Origin: an uncultured cyanobacterium | GTDB lineage: Bacteria > Cyanobacteriota > Cyanobacteriia > Cyanobacteriales > CAWUOF01 | Assembly (NCBI GenBank): GCA_963744145.1 | Contig: CAVUSO010000001.1 | Location: forward strand, 3,392,001-3,456,000 | Direction of reading: 5' to 3' | Length of the DNA stretch: 64,000 nt | Part shown: positions 1-10,300 of the stretch, one piece after another | Position numbering within the stretch: the stretch's first letter is position 1 | How the letters are laid out: every line of letters begins with the position of its first letter | Program-made: the position numbers and the translations under genes | Notes under the pieces: generated by a model | Seen by the model: only the letters and a program-made list of their open reading frames with translations | Database searches by the model: none | Told to the model about the DNA's origin: nothing

Positions 1-1035
1 CTCAGTAGCTTTAGTGAAAATAAGTTGAAATTTAATATCTGATGGGAGAGTTTTTTCTAAGTCCTGGATTGCGGTGCGTACTCCATGTTCGACACTAACC
101 AGGGTACTACCTGTACTTCTGAGGATGGAAAAAGCAACTACTGGTTTACCTATGTCTAATTCAGAATTAAGGAGCGAGGATTTTTCTTTAGCTCCTTTAC
201 CAACAGCAAAACGAGCTATTTGACGAGTTTCTGCTTGTCCATCTGTAACTTTTGCTAAACTTTCTAAGGATACTGCTGCACCACTAGGAAGGGTAATCTG
301 ATATTTTCGTAATTTTTCTATACTATCCGCACTACCCAAAGTTCGGATACTCTGTTCACTACCACTTAAAGTTGATCTTCCTCCAGGTAAGTTAGTATTA
401 AAAGCGCGAATTTGATCATTAACTTGAGTAGCAGTAATTCCTAAAGCTTGTAAGCGATCGGGATTGAGTTCGATCCTGATTTCTCGATCGATCCCTCCGA
501 CGCGCTGAATCTGAGCAACTCCGGAAACTGCTAAGAGAGCGCGGGTAATTCTTCGATCTACTAAATCACTTAATTCTTCAACCGATCGCTGTTCTGATAC
601 GACCGCGTAGGTCATAATAGAACCACCAGCAAATTCTAGTCTTTTGATGACTGGATCGTTAATATCTTGGGGGAGATTTTGTCTAATTTGAGCGATCGCA
701 TTCCGCACATCATTAGTAGCGCGATCGCTATTAGTTCCCAGCACAAAATTTATCACTGTGGTAGATATCCCATCTTTAACTGTTGAGGTGAGGAAATCGA
801 TATTTCCTAAACTAGCAACAGCATCTTCAACTTTTTTAGTTACTTGAGATTCTAATTCAGCTGGTCCAGCTCCTGTTTGAGTTACAGTAACGGAAACTGC
901 TGGAACATCTATATTTGGATTAGAGTCAATCCCTAATTGAGTAAAAGACATCCAACCTACCATAGTCAATATTAAAAACATTACAATAGTAGGTAGAGGT
1001 TTTTTGATTGCCCAAGCAGAAAGATTAAAAGACAT
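1..1035 (-). CDS. RND efflux transporter permease (AcrB/AcrD/AcrF family), 5' part; runs off the left edge
   Basis: Manual translation from ATG at 1035 gives MSFNLSAWAIKKPLPTIVMFLILTMVGWMSFTQLGIDSNPNIDVPAVSVTVTQTGAGPAELESQVTKKVEDAV, a typical AcrB N-terminus; lies directly downstream of an RND adaptor gene. Confidence 0.92.
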   Translation of the reverse strand, partial: MSFNLSAWAIKKPLPTIVMFLILTMVGWMSFTQLGIDSNPNIDVPAVSVTVTQTGAGPAELESQVTKKVEDAVASLGNIDFLTSTVKDGISTTVINFVLGTNSDRATNDVRNAIAQIRQNLPQDINDPVIKRLEFAGGSIMTYAVVSEQRSVEELSDLVDRRITRALLAVSGVAQIQRVGGIDREIRIELNPDRLQALGITATQVNDQIRAFNTNLPGGRSTLSGSEQSIRTLGSADSIEKLRKYQITLPSGAAVSLESLAKVTDGQAETRQIARFAVGKGAKEKSSLLNSELDIGKPVVAFSILRSTGSTLVSVEHGVRTAIQDLEKTLPSDIKFQLIFTKATE

Positions 1036-1061
1036 AGGTAATATATGATAATTTTGATAGA

Positions 1062-2612
1062 TTATTCAGATACGATTTTGACGCGATCGCCATCTTTGAG
1101 ATATCCTGCTCCAGAAACTACAACTTGATCTTTTAACTCTAAACCAGATTTAATCGCTACTTTAGCATTAGCTAGATCACCTATTCCGGAACTGATAATT
1201 TCTCCAACTTGGACTTTTTGAGCTTGGACTTTATCTTCACCAACTAATCGATAAACTATTCCACTTCCATCGTTTTGTGGTAAAACAGATTTTACTGGAA
1301 TAGCAATCCCAAGAGTAGAATTTGTCTTAATTGCCGCACGTAAAAACATCCCTGGACGTAATATATTACTAGCAGGAAGATCAATCTTTACCGTTGCTAA
1401 TCGATTTTGAGCATCAACTAAAGCCGCAATTTCTCTAACCGTTCCCTGGATTTTGATCCGACTATCAGCATCAGAACTAATTCGGACTCCTGCTCCGATT
1501 TTGATTTGAGCTAATTGAGTTTCCGGAATTTTTGCTTGTAATTCTAACCGACCATCTTTAATAATCGAAAAAAGTTTTTGTGTATTGCTACTCACATCAC
1601 CAATCCGAGCGATTCTTTCTGCTATTATACCTTGACTGGGCGATCGTACTAAGGTTTGTTCTTGCTGAGTTTCTAACTGTTGAACTCTTGCTTGACTACT
1701 CCGGACATCAGCTTGGGCACTATTTAAGTTGGCTTGGGCACTATCGATATTCGCTTGAGCATTGGTAATATTAGCTTGGGCACTACTAATTTTTGCTTTA
1801 GCACTGCTAATATTAGCTTGAGCCACATGAACTGTTTCTTGGGCTGTAGCTGCATCAGTCGTGCGATTTTCTCCTTCTTGACGACTAATTGCACCTTGGT
1901 CAGATAAATCTTGATAGCGTTTTCGTTCCACTTCAGCTTGAGCTAATTTAGTCTGACTTTGAGCTAAAGTTGCTTGAGCTTGTTCTAGGTTAGCTTCTGT
2001 TTCTGCTTTATTTGCCAAACTTTGCTCTAAAGTTGCTTGAGCTTGACTTAGGGCTGCTTCTTTTTGTTTGACAATCGCCCGATTTGATTCTACAGTAGCT
2101 TTAGCTTGGTCAATTTGCGATCGCAAAACTGCATCATCAAGAATGGCCATAATTTGACCAGTCTCTACTACATCTCCGTCATCGACTAAAACTTGTTTTA
2201 TTTGCAATCCACTGGCTTGAGGTAATACTGGTAAAAGATCATAAGCTGCAACTGTACCAGTAGCATCCAGGGTAATATCAATTGTAGCTGTTTCCACCTT
2301 AGCAACTGTAACTGTTTGAGTCGAGCCAGATGTAGGTGTCTTACTAGAATCTGCGGTTGATTTTACTTCTGGTTTGGTCACGGTCAGTCCAATTAAGGAC
2401 ATTCCGACCATCCCGATCACCATTCCTATACCTACCCCAATCGCGATCGCACCCGTTATCCCTAGCTTTCGAGTTGGTTGATGATGCTTGAGTAGTGGTG
2501 GGGGATTAGTTGATTTTAATTCCTGGTCTTCAGTGGGACGATCTAGCAACTCTTCTCCCCTGATGTCAGTCTCTTGATCAACATCGATTTTTGTGAATTT
2601 CACCGATTCCAC
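1062..2612 (-). CDS. Efflux RND transporter periplasmic adaptor (HlyD/MFP family)
   Basis: N-terminal TM helix, lipoyl-like halves (GLQIKQVLVDDGDVV...RSPSQGII), long Ala/Gln coiled coil, LRPGMF motif; adjacent to the AcrB-family gene. Confidence 0.92.
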   Translation of the reverse strand: MESVKFTKIDVDQETDIRGEELLDRPTEDQELKSTNPPPLLKHHQPTRKLGITGAIAIGVGIGMVIGMVGMSLIGLTVTKPEVKSTADSSKTPTSGSTQTVTVAKVETATIDITLDATGTVAAYDLLPVLPQASGLQIKQVLVDDGDVVETGQIMAILDDAVLRSQIDQAKATVESNRAIVKQKEAALSQAQATLEQSLANKAETEANLEQAQATLAQSQTKLAQAEVERKRYQDLSDQGAISRQEGENRTTDAATAQETVHVAQANISSAKAKISSAQANITNAQANIDSAQANLNSAQADVRSSQARVQQLETQQEQTLVRSPSQGIIAERIARIGDVSSNTQKLFSIIKDGRLELQAKIPETQLAQIKIGAGVRISSDADSRIKIQGTVREIAALVDAQNRLATVKIDLPASNILRPGMFLRAAIKTNSTLGIAIPVKSVLPQNDGSGIVYRLVGEDKVQAQKVQVGEIISSGIGDLANAKVAIKSGLELKDQVVVSGAGYLKDGDRVKIVSE

Positions 2613-2823
2613 CTCTTCAACTGCTCAAGCTCTTTTCACCTACATTTTTATTATAACTTTATATTTTGCAAAAAAACTTTGTAAATTAGACCTCTGGCAA
2701 AAATAATTAGGACAGATCCATTGTGGGATAGGTATCTTCCCTATCCCATAAATTATGCAAAGGAACAATCCATCCAGCTTTATGATGTAAATTGAGTAAA
2801 ATTGGACAAATTACCTGAATATT

Positions 2824-3981
2824 TTGGTAAAAGGACAGCATCTAATGAAAAAAAAGACCAATAATCGTTTTTTTTCACCCTTACAACAATTGTTACTTAC
2901 TTGGCTGCTAATATTACTAGCAGGTTGGCTGACCTTGATCGTCCTGGACTATTTTGGTAAATTAATTAGCATTTTAGTCAGTGCTGGTCTAATCGCCTAT
3001 TTGCTGAACTATGCAGTGGTGAAACTGGAACCATTTTTATCCCGTGGGTTCGCAGCGGCTTTGGTATATTTACTAGCGGGGATTGCGATCGCTGTGATTG
3101 GATTAACTATTGTCCCACCAGTTTTGAACCAAGCACAACAATTTACAGTCAGAATCCCAGAATTATTAGAATCTGGACAGCAACAATTAGCAGAGTTTCA
3201 AATTTGGAGTCGAGCCCGTAATTTACCCTTTGACGTTGAAATTTTACAGCAGCAATTATTAGTGCAAGTCCAAACCCAAGTCCAATCAATCGCTGCTCAA
3301 GGTTTTGGGTTGGTACTTGGTACTTTTAATGGTGTCCTGGATTTAATCATTGTGTTAGTTATTTCCTTTTATATGCTACTAGATAGCAACCGCATCTGGC
3401 GCAGTATGACCATTATTTTGTCCCCCACAATTCGGGAATGTTTGACGGAGTCTTTACAATATAACCTCCAGAGATTTATTTCTGGACAGCTATTATTAGG
3501 ACTGTTTATGGCAATTACTTTAACCTTAGCTTTTTTCTGGTTGAAAGTGCCATTTTTCTTACTATTTGCAGTTTTTATTGGGTTGTTAGAAATAATTCCT
3601 TTTGTGGGGGCAACGTTAGGAATTGCTGCTGTAACAATTATTGTCGTATTTATTGACTGGTGGTTAGCTTTAGAAGTTTTAGGAGTAGCGATCGCGATTC
3701 AGCAAGTGAAAGATAATTTAGTCACCCCGAGAATTATGGGCAATTTGACTGGGTTATCTCCGGTAGTTATTTTCATAGCTTTGTTATTAGGAGCAAAAGT
3801 AGGTGGGTTATTAGGTGTAATCTTAGCTATTCCTCTAACTGGTGTGGTAAAAAGTATTGCCGAAATCGTCTTCGATCCCAATCTTCCCCCCCAAACAGGA
3901 TCTTTTTTCCATAATCCGCTCATCCCCGATCCACCGACACAATTACTGGAATCTAATCAGGAAACTAACCAGTCAGAATAA
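2824..3981 (+). CDS. AI-2E family transporter (PerM/UPF0118)
   Basis: Multi-TM protein with IIPFVGA, QQVKDNLVTPRIMG and GGLLGVILAIP motifs; true start may be ATG at 2845. Confidence 0.88.
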   Translation: MVKGQHLMKKKTNNRFFSPLQQLLLTWLLILLAGWLTLIVLDYFGKLISILVSAGLIAYLLNYAVVKLEPFLSRGFAAALVYLLAGIAIAVIGLTIVPPVLNQAQQFTVRIPELLESGQQQLAEFQIWSRARNLPFDVEILQQQLLVQVQTQVQSIAAQGFGLVLGTFNGVLDLIIVLVISFYMLLDSNRIWRSMTIILSPTIRECLTESLQYNLQRFISGQLLLGLFMAITLTLAFFWLKVPFFLLFAVFIGLLEIIPFVGATLGIAAVTIIVVFIDWWLALEVLGVAIAIQQVKDNLVTPRIMGNLTGLSPVVIFIALLLGAKVGGLLGVILAIPLTGVVKSIAEIVFDPNLPPQTGSFFHNPLIPDPPTQLLESNQETNQSE

Positions 3982-4016
3982 AATTTAATTACCATTACCC
4001 CTTACCTATAACATAT

Positions 4017-5084
4017 ATGAATTGGTGGCAAAAGCTTAAAAAAAATCCTCTCTCTCAGTTAGGCATTTTTTTACTGATCACTTTTTATGTAGTCGTAATT
4101 GCCGCGGATTTTGTGGCACCTTACGATCCTTACGTTTCTCAACCTAATGGTTCCCTCTTACCACCTACTCATATTTATTGGTTTAATCAAAATCAAAAAT
4201 TTATCGGACCACATATCTATCCGACCACTCAAGGACCAGTTAATTTAGACACGGGCGATCGAGAACTGAAAGAAAATAAACAAAAACCTGCACCTTTACG
4301 CTTATTTGTCAAGGGAATACCTTATAAAATTTTGGGAATTATTCCTGTCGATCGACATCTTTTTGGTGCAGATGGGGAAGCGAAATTGAATATTCTGGGT
4401 ACAGATGAACAAGCTAGAGATCAATTTAGTCGTATTTTATATGGAGGTCGAATCAGTCTCAGTATCGGTTTAGTGGGAATATTAATTTCCTTTCCTTTGG
4501 GTTTATTAGTCGGGGGAATTTCTGGTTATTTTGGTGGCATAACCGATGCAATTTTAATGCGCTTAGTCGAAGTGCTAATGACAATCCCTAGTTTATATCT
4601 ATTAGTTGCTCTTGCTGCTGTATTACCTCCCGGATTAAGTAGCGTGCAAAAGTTTTTACTAATTGTCATTATTACTTCCTTTATCAGATGGGCAGGTTTA
4701 GCCAGAGTAATTCGGGGACAGGTACTTTCAATTAAAGAAAGAGAATTCGTGCAAGCAGGAAAAGCGATGGGGGGTTCACCTTTATATATTATTGTGCGTC
4801 ATGTTTTACCCCAAACAGCTAGTTACATAATTATCTCAGCAACTTTATCAATTCCTGATTTTATTATCTCTGAATCAGTTTTGAGTTTATTAGGTTTAGG
4901 AATTCAACAGCCTGATCCTTCCTGGGGTAATCTATTATCACTAGCAACAAATGCTTCGATTTTAGTATTACAACCTTGGTTAATTTGGCCACCAGCCATC
5001 TTAATTATTTTAACCGTATTAGCATTTAATCTGTTAGGAGATGGATTGCGCGATGCTCTCGATCCTCGGAGTTTACAGCGTTAG
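4017..5084 (+). CDS. Peptide/nickel ABC transporter permease (OppC/DppC-like)
   Basis: LGTDEQARDQFSRILYGGRISL, EAA-type loop (REFVQAGKAMGG), C-terminal FNLLGDGLRDALDPR. Confidence 0.92.
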   Translation: MNWWQKLKKNPLSQLGIFLLITFYVVVIAADFVAPYDPYVSQPNGSLLPPTHIYWFNQNQKFIGPHIYPTTQGPVNLDTGDRELKENKQKPAPLRLFVKGIPYKILGIIPVDRHLFGADGEAKLNILGTDEQARDQFSRILYGGRISLSIGLVGILISFPLGLLVGGISGYFGGITDAILMRLVEVLMTIPSLYLLVALAAVLPPGLSSVQKFLLIVIITSFIRWAGLARVIRGQVLSIKEREFVQAGKAMGGSPLYIIVRHVLPQTASYIIISATLSIPDFIISESVLSLLGLGIQQPDPSWGNLLSLATNASILVLQPWLIWPPAILIILTVLAFNLLGDGLRDALDPRSLQR

Positions 5085-5093
5085 AAAATTTAA

Positions 5094-5215
5094 CACTTTT
5101 TAGCAAGACAATATGCAGGGTCTAAAAAATCCAAAATTGCCTTGTTAGTTCTAGATGGTCTATCCCTAGACCAATGGTTAGTATTGCGAAAAGTGCTGGT
5201 TACTCAAGAGTATCT
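5094..5215 (+). pseudogene. Short remnant resembling BREX PglZ (alkaline-phosphatase superfamily)
   Basis: Translation HFLARQYAGSKKSKIALLVLDGLSLDQWLVLRKVL resembles the PglZ metal-binding strand motif; no start codon (preceded by TAA) and followed by a repeat element. Confidence 0.55.
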
Positions 5216-5230
5216 AAAAGGAATTTCATC

Positions 5231-5533
5231 TCATACCAATTCACCATGAAGATACATTGATGTATATTGATCTGTGGGTGAGGGTGGGTTTTGATGATTA
5301 GTAGGTAAATGTCAAACATCTCGGTGAACCCGGGCGGGTTTTTCTAATTAATTGGTAAATTTCAAAAATCTGGGCGAACCCGCCCCTACTACAGAAATCC
5401 GCAAATTGAGGATAAAATTGGTAGGGGCAGGTTCACCAGTCAATTTTGCCACCAACAGATCACCATTATAAACCTGCCCTGACCTAACAGATCAACCTCA
5501 GATTAAGTGCAATTTCATAGTTAATTGGTATCA
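5231..5533. mobile_element. MITE-like composite REP element with ~20-bp imperfect terminal inverted repeats
   Basis: Left end tcataccaattcaccatgaa (5231-5250) vs right end ttcatagttaattggtatca (5514-5533); internal GTAGGGGC(A/G)GGTT...AACC(T/C)GCCCC hairpins; related copies at 13097-13316 and 52380-52645. Confidence 0.7.
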
Positions 5534-5665
5534 CATATATTCCTTTAAATCTTCGAGTGGTTGATTGAAATCATCAGACATAAATATTTGACCAACCCAA
5601 CTACCGTAACCATGAATTTCTTCAAGATTTTCTTGAGATGATTCACTTTTTGCATATTTTTCAAG
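5531..5665 (-). pseudogene. C-terminal remnant of a DUF2281-like antitoxin
   Basis: Minus-strand translation ...LEKYAKSESSQENLEEIHGYGSWVGQIFMSDDFNQPLEDLKEYM*; the GSW.G.I.MSDDF..PLED tail is characteristic; N-terminus missing. Confidence 0.6.
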
Positions 5666-5829
5666 TGGCCAAATTTTCGGTAGTCCCTGCAAGATAGTAC
5701 AGGTACGAAAAATTAATAGTTTCGCATCGCATTCTGGTCGGATCAGAAAAATAGAGGGGTAGTAAATTTATGCAATTGGACTATATTATGGCATAATACT
5801 ACTATAGTTTAGAAAAATAACAGAGTAAG

Positions 5830-7179
5830 ATGGGATTAGACATCAGGAAATTTTACGAAGTTACTGACCCAAATAAGACGCTATTTGTGCAAGATCCAGA
5901 GGATAGGAAATATTATATCGATTTTGCCTCAGTCCGGGGTGGTAAGATTATTGAGAAATTGAAAAAGAAAATTTCCTTTTTATCCCCAGATCAACCTACC
6001 TGTGCTTTGTTTACAGGTCATATTGGTTGTGGGAAATCAACGGAATTATTGCGACTTAAAGCTGAGTTGGAACAGGAAGGTTTTCATGTTGTTTATTTTG
6101 AGTCCAGTGAAGACTTGGAAATGACTGATGTGGATATACCTGATATTTTACTCGCGATCGCGAAAAGAATTAGTCAAAGTCTAGAGAATATAGTGATAGC
6201 AGAACCGAAACGGTTATGGGATTTGCTCAAACAAACAGTTGATATTTTAGAGTTAAAAGTGGAAGGTAATGTCCCTGCAATTGGGAAAGTGGGAATAGGG
6301 GTGGATACAGAAAAAGCAAAAATGTCTCTTTCCTTTGGAATTGGGGAAATTACTACTAAGGTTAAAAGTGATGCTAAATTGCGGGAAAAATTGAACCAGT
6401 ATCTGGGACCACAAAAAAGTCATTTGATTACAGAGATTAATCGTGAGTTGATTGTACCTGCGATCGCGAAGCTGAAACAACATGGTAAAAAAGGATTAGT
6501 AGTAATTGTAGATAACTTGGATCGGATTGATAGTAGACAAAAAGCCTGGGGTCGTCCACAACAGGAATATTTATTTGTAGATCAAGCTGAATTCCTCACT
6601 AAACTTCAGTGTCATTTAGTATATACAATGCCCTTATCATTAAAATTTTCTAATGATTATGGGTTATTAAGTCAACGTTTTCCGGATGATCCTAAAGTAT
6701 TACCAATGGTTCCTGTGAAATCACGGGATGGTCAAGAGTATCAACCTGGGATAGTTTTATTAAAACAATTAGTTTTAGCTAGAGCTTTTCCTGAATTAGA
6801 TGAACAGGAACGTCTTGGTAAAATTTTGGAAATATTTGAGAATGAAACTACTTTAAATCATCTCTGCTATGCGAGTGGTGGTCATGTTCGAGATTTATTA
6901 AGATTATTAAATACTTGGATTGGTGAAGAATTAAGTCTTCCCCTCTCTTTGGCAACTCTTCATGATATCATTCGGGCTAGACGTAATGAAATGACTATGC
7001 CAATATCTGATCATGAATGGGAATTGTTACGTCAGGTTCGTGAAAGAAAAAAAGTTAGTGATGATCTTGGGTATCAAATCCTAATTCGGAGTAGGTTAGT
7101 ATTTGAATATCGAGATGAAAGAGGTGAGTCTTGGTTTGATATTAATCCGATTTTAGCAGAAGCAAGAGAACTAAATTAA
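5830..7179 (+). CDS. P-loop ATPase (AAA/KAP-like), usual upstream partner of cyanobacterial STAND-TPR/WD40 proteins
   Basis: Walker A GHIGCGKST, Walker B VVIVDNLDR, SGGHVRDLL helix, C-terminal WFDINPIL. Confidence 0.85.
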   Translation: MGLDIRKFYEVTDPNKTLFVQDPEDRKYYIDFASVRGGKIIEKLKKKISFLSPDQPTCALFTGHIGCGKSTELLRLKAELEQEGFHVVYFESSEDLEMTDVDIPDILLAIAKRISQSLENIVIAEPKRLWDLLKQTVDILELKVEGNVPAIGKVGIGVDTEKAKMSLSFGIGEITTKVKSDAKLREKLNQYLGPQKSHLITEINRELIVPAIAKLKQHGKKGLVVIVDNLDRIDSRQKAWGRPQQEYLFVDQAEFLTKLQCHLVYTMPLSLKFSNDYGLLSQRFPDDPKVLPMVPVKSRDGQEYQPGIVLLKQLVLARAFPELDEQERLGKILEIFENETTLNHLCYASGGHVRDLLRLLNTWIGEELSLPLSLATLHDIIRARRNEMTMPISDHEWELLRQVRERKKVSDDLGYQILIRSRLVFEYRDERGESWFDINPILAEARELN

Positions 7180-7313
7180 ATTGATCCGAACATAAACAAT
7201 TAAATTTGTAGGGGGTGCGTTAATCGATCAATTCTGATCCATCCAGATAACTATCATAAACCCACTCCGATCGCTAATGAAATACAATTTTATCATAAAT
7301 TGGTAATCCCATT

Positions 7314-10300
7314 ATGAATAATTCACCCCCACCAGAGCAGCAAAATTCTTCAGATATTATTTTTTATAATGAAAAATCTTTACAGCAATTAGCTTGGGGG
7401 ATTGATGCTTCAGTCGGAAATTTTAAACTGTTTTTAGCTCGTTGTAATTATCCGGAATTGCGATCGCGGTTCATTAGTAAGTTGCAAGAGCTAACCAGTT
7501 TGAAGATCCGGGTAATGGAATTGAAACCAACTGATCCAACTTTGTTGAGTAAAATTCAACAAGAATTGAATGGTAGTTCTCCTGATGCTTTAATGGTGAC
7601 GGGGTTGGAGTTGGTAGAAGATCTGGAAAATTTGTTGATCACAACTAATCAAGTCAGAGAAGAATTTCGGAAGTTAAAGTTTTCGCTGGTGTTGTGGATT
7701 GATGATGAAATTCTCAAGCAAATATTGCGGATTGCACCGGATTTTGAAAGTTGGGCAATTACCATAAATTTTGCGGGTTCTCCTAATTATTTGCGCCAAA
7801 AAATTAGAGAGATTACGGATACTTTTTTTTGCCAAATTTGGAAGTTTGATATAAATAAAGCTATTATCAGCAATAGTGATTACAAAGAATTAGAATTAGC
7901 TTGGCAAGATTTACAAAAACAGGGAGAAGATTTAGAACCGCATTTACAAGCTAGTTTAAAATTTTTACAGGGGAGAAAAGCTCATAAAAAAGATCAGTTT
8001 GGGCAGGCGTTAAAACATTATCAAGATTGTGAAAGTTTTTGGCAAGGAAATTCGGAAAGATTGGGAGTTACTCTATTTTCTTTGGGACTGTGTTATCAGC
8101 GTCAAGGGGAAATAGCTGGAGAAAAATATCGAGCAACAGTACAGAGTTATTTTGACCGGGGTATCGAGGTATTTACTGAAGGAGATCGCCAAGATTTGGT
8201 AGCTATATTTATTAATTATTTAGGTGCTTTGCTGGAAAAACTTGAGGTTTGGGATGAGTTAGAATTGGTTGCTCAAAAGTCTTTAGAATTACAGAAAAAT
8301 TATGAGTATCCACTAAAGTTAGCTCAAGCATTAGGGTTTTTAGCTCAAGTTTATTTGGCGCGATCACAGTGGGAAAAATGTCAAGAATACGCTCAACAAG
8401 CTTTGGATATTGTCAAAGAACATGGGGAGGAATATCAGCAAAATTTATATTTGTTGTTATTAGCGCGTTCTGTCGAGAATTTGGATAAACCTCAAGTGGC
8501 GATCGCGTATTTAGAAACAGCGCGGAAGCATGGTGTGGGGAATAATTCTCCTCAGATTTATATTGAGATTTTAAATAAGTTACATGATATTTATTTTCAA
8601 AAACAAGAATATTTATTAGCATTTGAAGTTAAATTAGAGCGGTTATCAATTGAACAACAGTATGGGTTACGTGCTTTTGTCGGTGCAGGTTGGATTAAAC
8701 CCCAACGAGAGATCAAAGAAACCTTAAATCACAATAAAACCACCGAAAACATCGCTCCAGAAATAGTTAGTTCTGGTCGATTAGATGATCTAAAGGAATT
8801 AAAAGAACGGATTACGGATAATAATGCTAAATTAATTATTATTCATGGTTATTCAGGAGTGGGGAAAAGTTCCCTAGTGAATGGGGGATTGTTACCACAA
8901 TTACACCAGGAAACTAGAGGTAGTTGTGATATTTTACCAATCTCAATCCGAGCTTATAATAATTGGATTGAAGAGTTAGGAAGGTTGCTCTATCAAGCAC
9001 TTTTAGAAAAAGGCAAATCTCATCAGGAAAATTTAACTTCTTTAGCTGCAATCATCGAAGAATTACAGAAAACTTCAGACCGAAATTTGTGGATAGTATT
9101 AATTTTTGATCAGTTTGAAGAATTCTTTTTCTTTTGTGCCCATGCTAAACAAAGACGAGACTTTTTTGTGTTTCTCGAACAATGTTTAAATACCTCTAAT
9201 GTGAAAGTAGTTTTATCATTGCGACAAGACTATTTACATTATTTATTAGAAGGGAATCAGGTCATCAAAAGTATCCATCATGATATTCTGGGGAAAAATA
9301 TTCGTTATCCCCTGGGTAATTTTTCTGTAGCTAGTGCTGAAGCAATTATCAAAAATTTAACCCAACGCGCTCAGTTTAATTTAGAAGAGGATTTAATTAA
9401 GCAACTGGTAGCAGATTTAGCGGAAGATTTAGGAGAAGTGCGTCCCATTGAATTGCAAATAGTTGGGGCACAAATGCAAACGGAAAAAATTACTACTCTC
9501 AAACAATATCAGGAAAAAGGTACAAAAGAAGAATTAGTTAAGCGTTATTTAGATGCGATCGTTGATGATTGTGGTGAAGAAAATCGCCAAATTGCTGAAT
9601 TAGTTCTCTATTTTCTCACTGATGATAAAGGAACTCGACCTTTAAAAACTCGGACTGAATTAGAAAGGGATTTGCCAGATTTAGTTAAGGAAAAATTAGA
9701 CCTAGTAAAATTAGATTTAGTATTGCAGATATTTGTGAAATCAGGGTTAGTTTTGTTATTACCAGACAATCCAGAACAACGCTATCAATTAGTCCATGAT
9801 TATTTAGCTGAATTCATTCGTCAGCAACAGGAACCACATTTAAAACAGTTGCAAGAAAAGTTAGATAGGGAAACCCAAAAAAGAATAGCTGCTGAAGGTA
9901 AGTTGGAACAGGAAAGAGAAGACACTATCAGGAAAACTACCCAACTAAATAAACTACTGCAACTAGCTTTAATGGGTTCTATAGGTAAGTTGGAACAGGA
10001 AAGAGAAGACACTATCAGGAAAACTACCCAACTAAATAAACTACTGCAACTAGCTTTAATGGGTTCTATTACTATTGGTGTTGCTTTAGGTATTTCAGGA
10101 TTATTTGGCTGGAATTTTGCCCAAGAAGCACAAATACAGCAAAAAAAAGCACAAATACAGGAAATTAACGCACTCAGTAATTCCAGTGAATTACTGTATA
10201 GCTCTGGACAAACTTTAGATGCTTTAAAAGAAGCTCTAAAAGCAGGAGGAAAATTACAATTCACTCAAAATTCCCCCCTAGATACTGAAATATTAGCAAT

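Noticed and set aside
2686..2765. ttagacctctggcaaaa...tgggatagg/cctatccca hairpin as a specific regulator of the efflux operon
   Set aside because: It resembles the dispersed repeat end also seen at ~32393, so it is more likely a degenerate mini-element
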